Below are positions 27,330 through 37,000 of a DNA stretch of 64,000 nt, one piece after another (the first letter of the stretch is position 1; the number at the start of each line of letters is the position of its first letter). The notes beneath the pieces were generated by a model. The model was given only the letters and a program-made list of their open reading frames with translations, was not told the DNA's origin and ran no database searches. The stretch is taken from positions 244,337-308,336 of the forward strand of contig BTWA01000001.1 of assembly GCA_045863295.1 (NCBI GenBank). The letters run 5' to 3'. The stretch is from Candidatus Hydrogenedentota bacterium. Its GTDB lineage: Bacteria > Hydrogenedentota > Hydrogenedentia > Hydrogenedentales > SLHB01. A program made the translations under genes and the position numbers.

Positions 27330-29081
27330 ATGGCAGTGGTACGCGACAGACAACTTGGCGACATGCTCGTAGACATGGGCGTGATCAGTCCGCTTGAACT
27401 TGACGAAGCGTTGCAGCGGCAACGGCTCACGGGCGAGATGCTGGGCCGTGTGCTGGTCAAGATGGGGCTGTGCGACGAGCAGGACGTGGTCGATGCGCTG
27501 GGCATGCAACAGGGCATGGAGCGGATCGACGTCACCAAGTTGAAGGTGGGTGACGATGTCCTGAGCAAAATTCCGGCGGACGTGGCGAAGTTCTACATGG
27601 TGGCGCCGGTTCGTTTCAAAGACGGACGTTTGGTGGTTGCGCTGGCGAATCCGCTCGATCTGTCCGTGGTGGACGAGTTGCAGCGCGTGACGGGATTGCA
27701 TATTCAGGGCGCGATCAGCAATGAGGCGGAAGTCGCGCAATTCATCAAATCGAATTATTCCTTCGAAGCGGATTCCATTCAGGAGACGTTGAAGAATCTG
27801 ATCGAACGGGTGGGCGAACGCGAGCTGACGATGGAAGAACTGGGCACGCAGGAAATTGTCGGCGACGTCGACAATCTGGTGCAGTTGGCCCAGGAACCCG
27901 ATGTCATCAAGATCGTAAATCTGGTGTTGCTTGACGCGGTGACGCGGCGGGCATCGGATATTCACTTCGAGACCTACGAAGAGGATTTCCGCATTCGCAT
28001 CCGCATTGACGGCGTGTTGCAGGAAGTGACGAGTCCGCCCAAGGGCATGTCCTTGGCGCTGGTATCCCGCGTCAAGGTCATGTGCAGTATGGACATTGGC
28101 GAGCGGCGGCTGCCGCAGGACGCGCGCATTGACTTGAAGATTGGCGATTCGGAAGTGGACATCCGCGTTGCGACCTTGCCGACGTTGTACGGCGAAAACG
28201 TCGTGATGCGTATTTTGGACAAGACTTCGGTGAAAGCGGATCTGGAAAAGATTGGCATTCATCCCGCGACGTTGAAGAAGATTAAGAACGTTATTGCCAA
28301 GCCGAACGGGATTTTTCTCGTGACCGGCCCCACCGGATCGGGCAAGACGACGACGCTGTATTCCTGTCTTAATGACTTGAACCAGGTGGGCGTGAAGATC
28401 ATTACGACCGAAGACCCGGTGGAATTACAGATCGACCGGATTGTGCAGGTTCAGGTACGCGAGGAAGTGGGACTGACGTTCGCGGCGTGCCTCCGGTCCA
28501 TCCTCCGGCAGGACCCGGACATTGTGATGGTGGGTGAAATCCGCGACTTGGAGACGGCGCAAATCGCCGTCGAGGCGTCGCTCACGGGCCACTTGGTGCT
28601 GAGCACCTTGCACACGAACAGCGCGCCGGAAACGATCACGCGTTTGCTTGATATGGATTTGGAACCGTTCTTGATCGTGTCCTCGCTGGAGGCGATTTTG
28701 GCGCAGCGGCTGGTGCGCACGTTGTGCCGGTATTGCCGCGAGAAATACCGTCCCGACGACGAAGAGATGGACTTGCTGGGGCTTCCCGACAGTTGGCGCA
28801 AAGATCCGGGGCTTGGGTTCTTCAAGCCGGTGGGGTGTCCCGCGTGCGACTATATCGGATATCAGGGCCGCGTGGGTCTGTTTGAAATGCTTGCGGTGGA
28901 CGAGACGATCAAGGATTTGATTTTGAATCGCGCGATGGCCTTCGAGATCCGCGCGCATGCGCGCAAGGCCCTGGGCATGCGCACCCTGCGCGAAGAGGGA
29001 CTGATCAAGTGCGCGCAAGGCATCACAAGCGCGGCGGAGATTCTGGCGCATACGGACAAGTTTGACGACGACTTGGTTTAA
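27330..29081 (+). CDS. pilB: Type IV pilus extension ATPase PilB-like #2
   Basis: RQLGDMLVDMG MshEN-like; RASDIHFE; GPTGSGKTTT; LRQDPDIVMVGEIRD; CRYC..CPAC. Confidence 0.88.
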   Translation: MAVVRDRQLGDMLVDMGVISPLELDEALQRQRLTGEMLGRVLVKMGLCDEQDVVDALGMQQGMERIDVTKLKVGDDVLSKIPADVAKFYMVAPVRFKDGRLVVALANPLDLSVVDELQRVTGLHIQGAISNEAEVAQFIKSNYSFEADSIQETLKNLIERVGERELTMEELGTQEIVGDVDNLVQLAQEPDVIKIVNLVLLDAVTRRASDIHFETYEEDFRIRIRIDGVLQEVTSPPKGMSLALVSRVKVMCSMDIGERRLPQDARIDLKIGDSEVDIRVATLPTLYGENVVMRILDKTSVKADLEKIGIHPATLKKIKNVIAKPNGIFLVTGPTGSGKTTTLYSCLNDLNQVGVKIITTEDPVELQIDRIVQVQVREEVGLTFAACLRSILRQDPDIVMVGEIRDLETAQIAVEASLTGHLVLSTLHTNSAPETITRLLDMDLEPFLIVSSLEAILAQRLVRTLCRYCREKYRPDDEEMDLLGLPDSWRKDPGLGFFKPVGCPACDYIGYQGRVGLFEMLAVDETIKDLILNRAMAFEIRAHARKALGMRTLREEGLIKCAQGITSAAEILAHTDKFDDDLV

Positions 29082-29187
29082 TCGTAGCTGGTCTGGCGGC
29101 CGGCCGATGGATGAATTGGCGGATAGTGCGCGGCGCGTCGGCCGGCATTAATCCGGATTCCCCGGAAGGGGAATGAGGAGACGAACG

Positions 29188-30426
29188 GTGCCGAAGTTTG
29201 CATACAAAGCCATGGACAAACAGGGCAAGCCGATTTTCGGGGTGATCGAAGCCGAGAATCAGGCCCTGGCGATCAACGACGTTCGCAACCTGGGTTTGTA
29301 TCCGACGACCATCCGCGAGGCGCGCAAGAGCGACGAAAAGCGCGCGCGCAAGAAGAAGGGCGGCGTCAACGAGCTTTATTTCGGCGGCGTGAAGACGAAG
29401 CAGATCGTGGTGATGACCCGTCAGCTCGCCACGCTGATCGACGCGGGCCTTCCGCTGTTGCGCAGCATTAACGTGCTAATCGCGCAGCAGAAGCCCTCCA
29501 AACTGAAAGACATTTTGCGGGACATTTCGGCGGACATTCAGTCCGGTACGACGTTTTCCGAGGCGTTGGCGAAGCATCCGAAGCAGTTCGACCGCTTGTT
29601 TGTGAACATGGTTCGCGCGGGTGAGGTCGGCGGTATGCTGGAAGTGGTGTTGAACCGGCTTGCGATTTTCATGGAACGCCGCCAAGCGCTGAAACGGCGC
29701 GTGCGCGGCGCGATGATTTATCCGGTTTGCGTCGTCATATTCGCGGCGGGCATCGTGTTGTTCTTGTTGTCGTTCGTGGTGCCCCAGTTCGCGGAAGTGT
29801 TTTCCGATTTCGGCGCGAAGTTGCCGTGGATGACGCAGTTTTTGATTCAGTGCGGCGATTTCGTGAAGTACAAGTGGTGGCAGATGGCGTTGTGGTTCAA
29901 CGGGACCATCATCACACTGAAGGTCATGTCCAAGATCAAGACGGTGAAGCGGATCATGGATCGCGTGGTGCTCAAGCTGCCGCTGGTCGGCGACCTGGTG
30001 ACCAAGGTGTCCGTGGCGCGTTTTGCCCGTACGCTGGGAACGCTGATCACGTCCGGCGTGCCGATTCTTCAGTCGTTGCGCATCACCAAGGAAACGATCG
30101 GCAACGAAGTGATTGAGAACGCGATTCAAAAGGTGCACGACAGCATCAAGGAAGGCGATACCATCGCGGCGCCGCTCGACGAGGCGAAAGTGTTCCCCGC
30201 CATGGTGGTGAACATGATCGACGTTGGCGAGGAAACCGGCGCGCTCGACGCGATGTTGATGAAAGTGGCGGATATTTACGACGCGGAAGTCGAGGAAGCC
30301 GTGGAGACGATGTTGCGGATGATGGAACCCGCGATCATCATTTTCCTGGGCGGCATCATCGGGTTCATCGTCATTGCCTTGTATTTGCCGATATTCACAC
30401 TGGCCGACGTTATCAGCGGCCAGTAA
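29188..30426 (+). CDS. pilC: Type IV pilus platform protein
   Basis: GTG start after GAGGAG; PKFAYKA; TRQLATLIDAGLP; VRAGEVGGML; GEETGALDAML. Confidence 0.93.
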   Translation: MPKFAYKAMDKQGKPIFGVIEAENQALAINDVRNLGLYPTTIREARKSDEKRARKKKGGVNELYFGGVKTKQIVVMTRQLATLIDAGLPLLRSINVLIAQQKPSKLKDILRDISADIQSGTTFSEALAKHPKQFDRLFVNMVRAGEVGGMLEVVLNRLAIFMERRQALKRRVRGAMIYPVCVVIFAAGIVLFLLSFVVPQFAEVFSDFGAKLPWMTQFLIQCGDFVKYKWWQMALWFNGTIITLKVMSKIKTVKRIMDRVVLKLPLVGDLVTKVSVARFARTLGTLITSGVPILQSLRITKETIGNEVIENAIQKVHDSIKEGDTIAAPLDEAKVFPAMVVNMIDVGEETGALDAMLMKVADIYDAEVEEAVETMLRMMEPAIIIFLGGIIGFIVIALYLPIFTLADVISGQ

Positions 30427-30543
30427 AGATGCGGCGCCGGGGTTGTACCCCGGCGGACGAAGCAACGGAACTCATCCGCATCGGGGCGGAGAACGCAGAC
30501 GGGATCGATGCCGGCAGGCGGCGACCCGCAGGAGTGTATGGAC

Positions 30544-31305
30544 ATGAGGCGCAACGCAGGCTTTACACTGGTGGAGTTGCTGGTGGTCGTGGCCATCATC
30601 GCGATTCTTGCGGGCATCGTTCTGCCACGGGTGGGGCCCTACATTGCCAACGCGCGCAAGGCGAAGGCTCTTTCGGAAATTCGCAGTGCCGAGACGTCGC
30701 TGCAGAAGATGCTGACCGATGCCAATCGCGACAGTTTTGCAGGGAACCGGTTTTTCGAGAATGGAGCAGACCTGGCCGCGATTGCAGCGGGGAGCGATCA
30801 GGATAAAGCGCTCGCGGTATCCTTATATTCGGAAGCATTTTACATACTGCTAAAGCAGGGCCGTTTTGCTGATGGCAAGCTACCGATGATTCCAACGACA
30901 GGTGAACCTCTGAAACTCCACACAGATGTAGTCAACAAACTTGGGACCTCCTATATGGATTTGGCCGCCGATCCATGGGGGCAGCTGTACCAGTTTTTCC
31001 CGGGCCCATGGCAAATTCCGGATGAGGTGCCTTTCCGGATCTTCAAGCCTGATCTGAATATTCCTGGTGGCCCGGTTAGCGATCCCAAATCAGAGCCAGA
31101 ATTGGATGTCGAAGGCAATCCGACGGGAAATACTGTTGGTTATCCCGCGCCCCGCGACTTGACGATCTATATTTGGTCGCGCGGCGCGAATCTGGATTCC
31201 AATCAGGCGTTCAACGATCCCGGCGATTCGCCCGATTATCAGGGTGGCGGCGACGACATTAACAATTGGGACAAGGATCAGAGTTACTCGGTCTTTTATA
31301 ACTAG
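30544..31305 (+). CDS. Probable major pilin, GspG-like globular motifs, Cys-free
   Basis: G|FTLVELLVVVAIIAILAG; DPWGQLY; IWSRGAN..GGGDDINNW; AGGAG RBS. Start 30538 or 30544. Confidence 0.8.
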   Translation: MRRNAGFTLVELLVVVAIIAILAGIVLPRVGPYIANARKAKALSEIRSAETSLQKMLTDANRDSFAGNRFFENGADLAAIAAGSDQDKALAVSLYSEAFYILLKQGRFADGKLPMIPTTGEPLKLHTDVVNKLGTSYMDLAADPWGQLYQFFPGPWQIPDEVPFRIFKPDLNIPGGPVSDPKSEPELDVEGNPTGNTVGYPAPRDLTIYIWSRGANLDSNQAFNDPGDSPDYQGGGDDINNWDKDQSYSVFYN

Positions 31306-31537
31306 TCGTATTTGATGGATCCGGCGTGGAGTGCTGGAGGTGCTAGAAGATCGAATACGTGCGATGGATGGAAACGATGCGGTAACGTCCGGGTAGCCTG
31401 TATGGGGACAGGCCTCCCATGGGCTTGTTGAACAAGTTGATTCGCGGCGGCTCGGGTCGCGCAAAGTTGGAAGACAGCGGGTACAATAGAGAGGGGTTGG
31501 GGCTCTTCTCTAGGTGTAACCTCAGGAGTGATTCAAC

Positions 31538-32449
31538 GTGAATCGCCGGCAGTGGTTTTGTTCCCGAGCGGCCGCGGAGGCGCGTCAAGGCGCGGCGAAG
31601 CGTCGCACGGGGGCACGGGCATACACCTTGGTGGAACTGCTCGTCGTGGTCGCCATCGGGGTGTTGTTGCTCGGAATATCCGTGCCGGCGTTCGTGCGCA
31701 TTGTGTCGGCGGGCAACAACGATCCGCAGAATGGGGCGCGCGAGTTGTTTACCCTGTTGCGTGCGGCGCGTCAATACGCCATTACCAACCGGGTGCCCTG
31801 CGCGGTCGTCTATTCCACCCAACGCCAGTTGGTGGATTCCGCCACCAACGATTGCGCGCGCGTGGCGGACACCTATGCGCTGGCGCGCGGTTTGAACGAC
31901 CGCGAGTTCAGCCAGATGGCTCCGGCGCTGGCGACGTTGCGCTACGCCGACAACACGTTCCGCTATGCCGATCCGGTGAGCATTCGCAATTTGTTTTTCG
32001 TTCCGGTGAACGAAGGAGCGGGGAACTTTCAGGAATTTCCCGGCACGGCGGGTATCGAGAACATCCAGTTTTTCGTTCCCGACTGCACCATACAAGACAC
32101 GTTCCTGTTGCCGGTGCCGGACGCGTTGGGCCTGTTGAACGTGGAGCTGATCGACGTCGACCCAGCGTTGACGGTGGTGCCGGTCGACTATCCCGGGTTT
32201 CCCGTTACCCCAAGTGGGGATCACATCACGAACACGTATCCGGCGCATGTGTTTATGCCGTCGGGCGAGATGTTTACGGCCGTGAGCGATCGGGAGCGGT
32301 ACGTAATTGAAGTCGGCCAAAAGCCCGACGCGTTGCTCTCGAAGCGGTTTATCGAGCCCTCCGGTCCCTACAACACCCTGGCCAACCGCATGGCGCCGGT
32401 GGTGATTGAGCTGTATCGCGGCACCGGCCGATCGCGGATGACGCAATGA
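31538..32449 (+). CDS. Minor pilin (FimT/GspH-like position)
   Basis: A|YTLVELLVVVAIG; LRAARQYAI; VFMPSG; IELYRGTGRS. Confidence 0.8.
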   Translation: MNRRQWFCSRAAAEARQGAAKRRTGARAYTLVELLVVVAIGVLLLGISVPAFVRIVSAGNNDPQNGARELFTLLRAARQYAITNRVPCAVVYSTQRQLVDSATNDCARVADTYALARGLNDREFSQMAPALATLRYADNTFRYADPVSIRNLFFVPVNEGAGNFQEFPGTAGIENIQFFVPDCTIQDTFLLPVPDALGLLNVELIDVDPALTVVPVDYPGFPVTPSGDHITNTYPAHVFMPSGEMFTAVSDRERYVIEVGQKPDALLSKRFIEPSGPYNTLANRMAPVVIELYRGTGRSRMTQ

Positions 32450-32913
32450 GAAACGAGATGGTCATGGAAATGCACGAAACCGGACGCGGAAACCTTGGCG
32501 CCGCGCGGCCCCGCCGCGAGGCCGGCTTTTCGCTGGTGGAGATGTTGATCGCGCTGGCGATATTGCTGGTGGGCGTGGCGGGCGCGTTTCAGTTGTTTCC
32601 GCGCAGCATGCGTCAGGCGCGCCAGGCGCAGGAGCTGCAGGCGATCTCCGAGTTGGCGGATTCCAATTTCGGTCGCGTGAAATTCAGCGGCGCTCGGTCG
32701 TTGTGGCTGGGCAATCTGGAATTCGATACCGCGCTCCGGCTGGTGAACGGACAGGGCCAGTATCTGTACGACGGGTATGTGACCTCGGTGACCCGCGTGG
32801 GCAACGCGGCGGAACAGTACGCGTCGAGCAACTATTTGCAGCGTGTGGTATTCAGCGTGGTGATGCCGGACGGTCGCCGCGAACAGTTCGTGACGTATGT
32901 TACGGAACCGTAG
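32446..32913 (+). CDS. Minor pilin (PilV/GspI-like position)
   Basis: G|FSLVEMLIALAILLVGV; short globular domain. Confidence 0.8.
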   Translation: MRNEMVMEMHETGRGNLGAARPRREAGFSLVEMLIALAILLVGVAGAFQLFPRSMRQARQAQELQAISELADSNFGRVKFSGARSLWLGNLEFDTALRLVNGQGQYLYDGYVTSVTRVGNAAEQYASSNYLQRVVFSVVMPDGRREQFVTYVTEP

Positions 32914-32923
32914 GACGAACGAC

Positions 32924-34078
32924 ATGCGGCGGCATTCTTCATATGGTTTTACCCTGACCGAACTGCTGGTGGCCGTGGCCATTCTGGCGGTGGTGTTCAC
33001 GTCGATCGTCGCCATTTTTGTTGCCAGTGTGCGCGCCATGAAGACCAGCTTCGTGGCGATGGACGCCAACGAACTCGCGCGCACGTCATTCACGACGGTC
33101 GAGAAAGATTTGAAGACGCTCTATGCATCGCGCGATTTCGGCCAGTACTACCAATTTCACGGCACGCCCGTGGGGTTCAGCGGCATTGGCCTGATTCGCA
33201 ACACCCGCGCTTCCGCCGATACCTATTCGCAACTTGGCCGCGTGACCTATGCGCTGTTTCCCAACCCGCAGCCGAATGCGGGCACCGAAGGCGATTTCAG
33301 CGGGTTTGACGGCTACTACAGCTACAACGTGGACGCCACCGGCACGCCGCTGAACGTGACCACGATGTCGCTGGTACGTTTTGTGGAGCCGGGCATCACC
33401 TCGCTCGATCATTATCCCCCGGAATTCTGGGAGACGCTGATGACCGATCCCGAGTTCGGCACCGGCGTAGCGGCGGTCCTCTCGACGGCCTGCAACTGCG
33501 ATCCGTTGAATCCGGTCCAGGTGGCGAGCCTTACGCCCGAGCGCGAGACGTTGCTGAACGCCGCGAAGCGATCGCTGTGGGTAAACCTTATGGCATGGCA
33601 GTTCGAGCCCGGCGTGATTGACCCTGATCTGCAATCGCTGAATGTGTGGGACGGGTTGCTGCGGCCCACGTTTACACTCAATCCGGCGGATTACGTGATT
33701 ACGGAATCGATCCGTACGCCCAACCTGCTCGATCCCGCGTACAACCCGCTGGATACGAATCAAGCTTTTTTCTCGTACGGCGTTCAGTACGAAGGGAACA
33801 CGCTGGGCCAGGGGCTGGAGATGCGTCCCTTCTGGCCGCATTGGGCGCGGCTGGACAGTTGGTCCACGCTGGCCAATCTGAGCAATGCGCAGAATATGTT
33901 TGCGGTTCACAGTATTTACTACGGCAATTTGTCGCCGTTTGCGCCGCGCGTGCCCGAGATGGTCATGGTGCGATTCCCGATGACCTTCGCCAGCCCGTAT
34001 CCCGGCGCGCCGGAGTATTCACGAGAGTTGGAAATTATGGTGGATGTGCCCGTGGGGCAGATGCGGAATCCGCAATGA
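32924..34078 (+). CDS. Minor pilin (PilW/GspJ-like position)
   Basis: G|FTLTELLVAVAIL; AR..FTTVEKDL; C-terminal VPEMVMVR. Confidence 0.8.
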   Translation: MRRHSSYGFTLTELLVAVAILAVVFTSIVAIFVASVRAMKTSFVAMDANELARTSFTTVEKDLKTLYASRDFGQYYQFHGTPVGFSGIGLIRNTRASADTYSQLGRVTYALFPNPQPNAGTEGDFSGFDGYYSYNVDATGTPLNVTTMSLVRFVEPGITSLDHYPPEFWETLMTDPEFGTGVAAVLSTACNCDPLNPVQVASLTPERETLLNAAKRSLWVNLMAWQFEPGVIDPDLQSLNVWDGLLRPTFTLNPADYVITESIRTPNLLDPAYNPLDTNQAFFSYGVQYEGNTLGQGLEMRPFWPHWARLDSWSTLANLSNAQNMFAVHSIYYGNLSPFAPRVPEMVMVRFPMTFASPYPGAPEYSRELEIMVDVPVGQMRNPQ

Positions 34079-37000
34079 CGATGCAATACGAACATACCCG
34101 CAGGTCCAAGGCGGAGCTTTTCGGACGTGCGTTCCCAAGCAGAAGCTTGGGAACGAGGAAGGAAGGACGTGCGTTCCCAAGCAGAAGCTTGGGAATGAGG
34201 AAGGAAGGACGTGCGTTCCCAAGCAGGAGCTTGGGAACGAGGAAAGAAAATGGGCAGCGCGGGGCGGCCTTGCTGGTGGCCATTGGGATCCTGGCCGTGC
34301 TGCTGGCATTGGCGCTGGTGTTTTTCGGCACCAGCCGGGTGGAACTGCGCACCGCGCAGAACGCGAAGAACAGCGTTCAATCGGATTGGCTGGCGCAAGG
34401 CGCGAGCGCGATGGCCATGGCGACCCTGCAGAGCGACGGCGTGCTGCATCCGACCGCGACCTCGCTCGATCACAAATGGAAGACGCTGTATAACGGCCTG
34501 TGGTTTCTGGGCAAGGATTGGGCATTAAACCCGAGCGCGTCGCACCTTCCCAACGTGCGCGCGGATGTTTTGTACAGTACCCTGAGCGGTCCCGAGGCCA
34601 AGGCTCTGTGGGATCAGGATTTTCTATACATTCCCCGCGAACAGGGCAACTCCATTGCCAATTCCGTCGATTTTACCGGTCCGTTCCTGACGTCGTTCAA
34701 CTTCGCGGACGTGAACGCATTTACCATTGAAGAGCAGGTTCACCAGTGGCTTGGCGGCGATAATCCGCTCAGCAACTGGGGCGCGGACAACAACGGCGAC
34801 GGACTCCTCGATTCCTATTGGCTGCCGATGCCGCAAGACGTGTATTACGGCGGACTGGACGTCAACACCGATGGTTTCATCGACGCCAGCGAGGGCGGCG
34901 ACGGCATCGACAACGATCTCGACGGCGAGATTGACGAGGCTGACGAGTTGGCACTTTTTGTTTACTGGGGCGGGCGCGATCAACTCGACAACGACGGCGA
35001 CAGCCTTGTGGACGAAGGCGACGAACAACGTATCTTTGTGACGGCGCCCATTGTGCAACGCGTGTGGAATCCCGTCGCTGAAGTATGGCTCACCTATACA
35101 TTGCTGCAGGATTTTTCGCCGCTGGTGAACCCGGCCGTTCTTGAGGCCTATGCTGGCGGGACCGTCGGTTCCGCCGCGCTGAGCGTCAGCCCGGCCTACA
35201 ACTCGCCGACCGTCGACGTGCTCGACAACGATTACAGTATGATAGGGAATGATTCCTATGGATACATTTATCTTGACGCAGGAAATGAGGATGAATATAC
35301 GGCGAATACGACAGATGAAATCAACTATCCGAAGAAGTACCACAATATAGGGGACGCGTACAGGTCATTTTTTAATCAAGTTGCGATCAATGATTTGGCA
35401 GATTATTTCCGGCTTGCCAAGCAGTCTGGCTTGATAGATTTCGATCCGCTTGATCCGGATCACCTATTGGGACCGCCGGAGCGGTCGAATTCAGCATTCC
35501 AGGTCACGGCAAGCGGCGAAGCCGTCTGCTCATTGGCGGGGCGCGTGGCCGTGTTGATCACCGACGAATCCAGCCGGGTGAATCTGAATACCGCGTCAGG
35601 CCTTGCGTTGAACGACAACTTTCCCTCGCCATCCAATGCGAATGCGATTCAGTCGCCCGCGGATCCCACGGCGACGGAAGTTACTTTTGCGTCCAATCTG
35701 GGTGCGACGCCCTACGAATACGATTCCCGCGTATTGCCGTTGATCGGCCCGGATCGCGCCACGCGGTTTCCGCAGTTTCGCGGCGGCGTGAACAGCGGCA
35801 ACGGCTTTTCCACCACGACCGGTGGCCCCTATGCCGGCACGGCCGATTCCCTGGAATGGGACATGGCGTTTCCGGGCTTCGGCCGCGTGGACGACGACGG
35901 CAACGCCTTCTGGCTCAGCATCGACGGCATCGACAACGACGGCGATGGGCTTACGGACGAATTTTACGAAGGCATCGACGAACCGTCCGAGTTCCGGACG
36001 TTCCGTCCGTACCGTAACCGGATTGCGGAAAGCGACAACGATCTTTCGCTGCTCGACGACGACGAACTGGTGAACGAGATTGGGGAAGCCGGCGATCAGG
36101 CGTTTCTCATTCGCGACAACATGGAGCAGCTCGATGACATCGGCACGGCGATCACCAGCGGTCTGCGCGATCTCGTCACCGTGCATTCCCGCGATGCGAA
36201 CGAGCGCAATCGCATTTATAGTGGGCTGAACGAGACGCTGGGCGTGCAGGGCGGATCCTCCGACATCAGCGGGTTGAAGCTGGACACGAATTTCTCGTCG
36301 GGCGTCAACATCGCCCAGGCGATCCGCGAGAATTGGTTTTACCCGCGCAGCACCTTGATGATGCATGCAATCAACGTGGGTCAGTTCGGCAACCCAGATC
36401 CAATTCCACTAGTTGCAACGGATCCCCCGTTCACGTCGCCCTACTTCACGGTTGACGATATGCTAGTTGCGAATCCGGTGAATCCACCTACATCTGTACC
36501 AAGTTTTCACGAATTGGGGTCATTTGCTCGTGCGTTGCGTGTGTATGATCGCGCGCTTTTCAACACGCCGTTTGGCGAACTGGTGCGACACTATCCAGAT
36601 CCGGTAAATCCTTACTCTGCGCAAATTCCCTTTGATGGAGACGAACCCTATCATTACTGGATCAATGGTAATTCGCTGGACAACTACGCCGTAGGGTTCG
36701 ATGCGGACCCTGAATTGCGCGCGTTGCAGTTGGGGGCGAGCATTGAGGACTTCCGCGACTCCGACCACACGCGCACGGTGTTGACCTCGACCATGCTGGA
36801 CCATTGGTGGCAGGAAGCCGTGGCGCCGGCGGTGTTGCCGCAGATTGTGTACAAGGTTGCGGGCGTGGAGAGCGTGCGGATCACCGAATTCATGGCGCGT
36901 CCCGTGCGCCGGATGGAAGCGGAGGCGACGGTGAATCCGGTACAGGCCGGTTACTCCATCAATCTCGATCCCAACGTATTCACGGATGCGAGCGCGGGAG

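Noticed and set aside
33646..34074. N-terminal extensions from the ORF track (also 14532, 20395, 59738, 2535, 8012)
   Set aside because: They overlap upstream genes or precede the RBS and signal peptide; downstream coupled or RBS-supported starts fit better.
34123..34248. CRISPR array
   Set aside because: The units are directly tandem with no unique spacers, lie in-frame in a CDS, and no cas genes are present.
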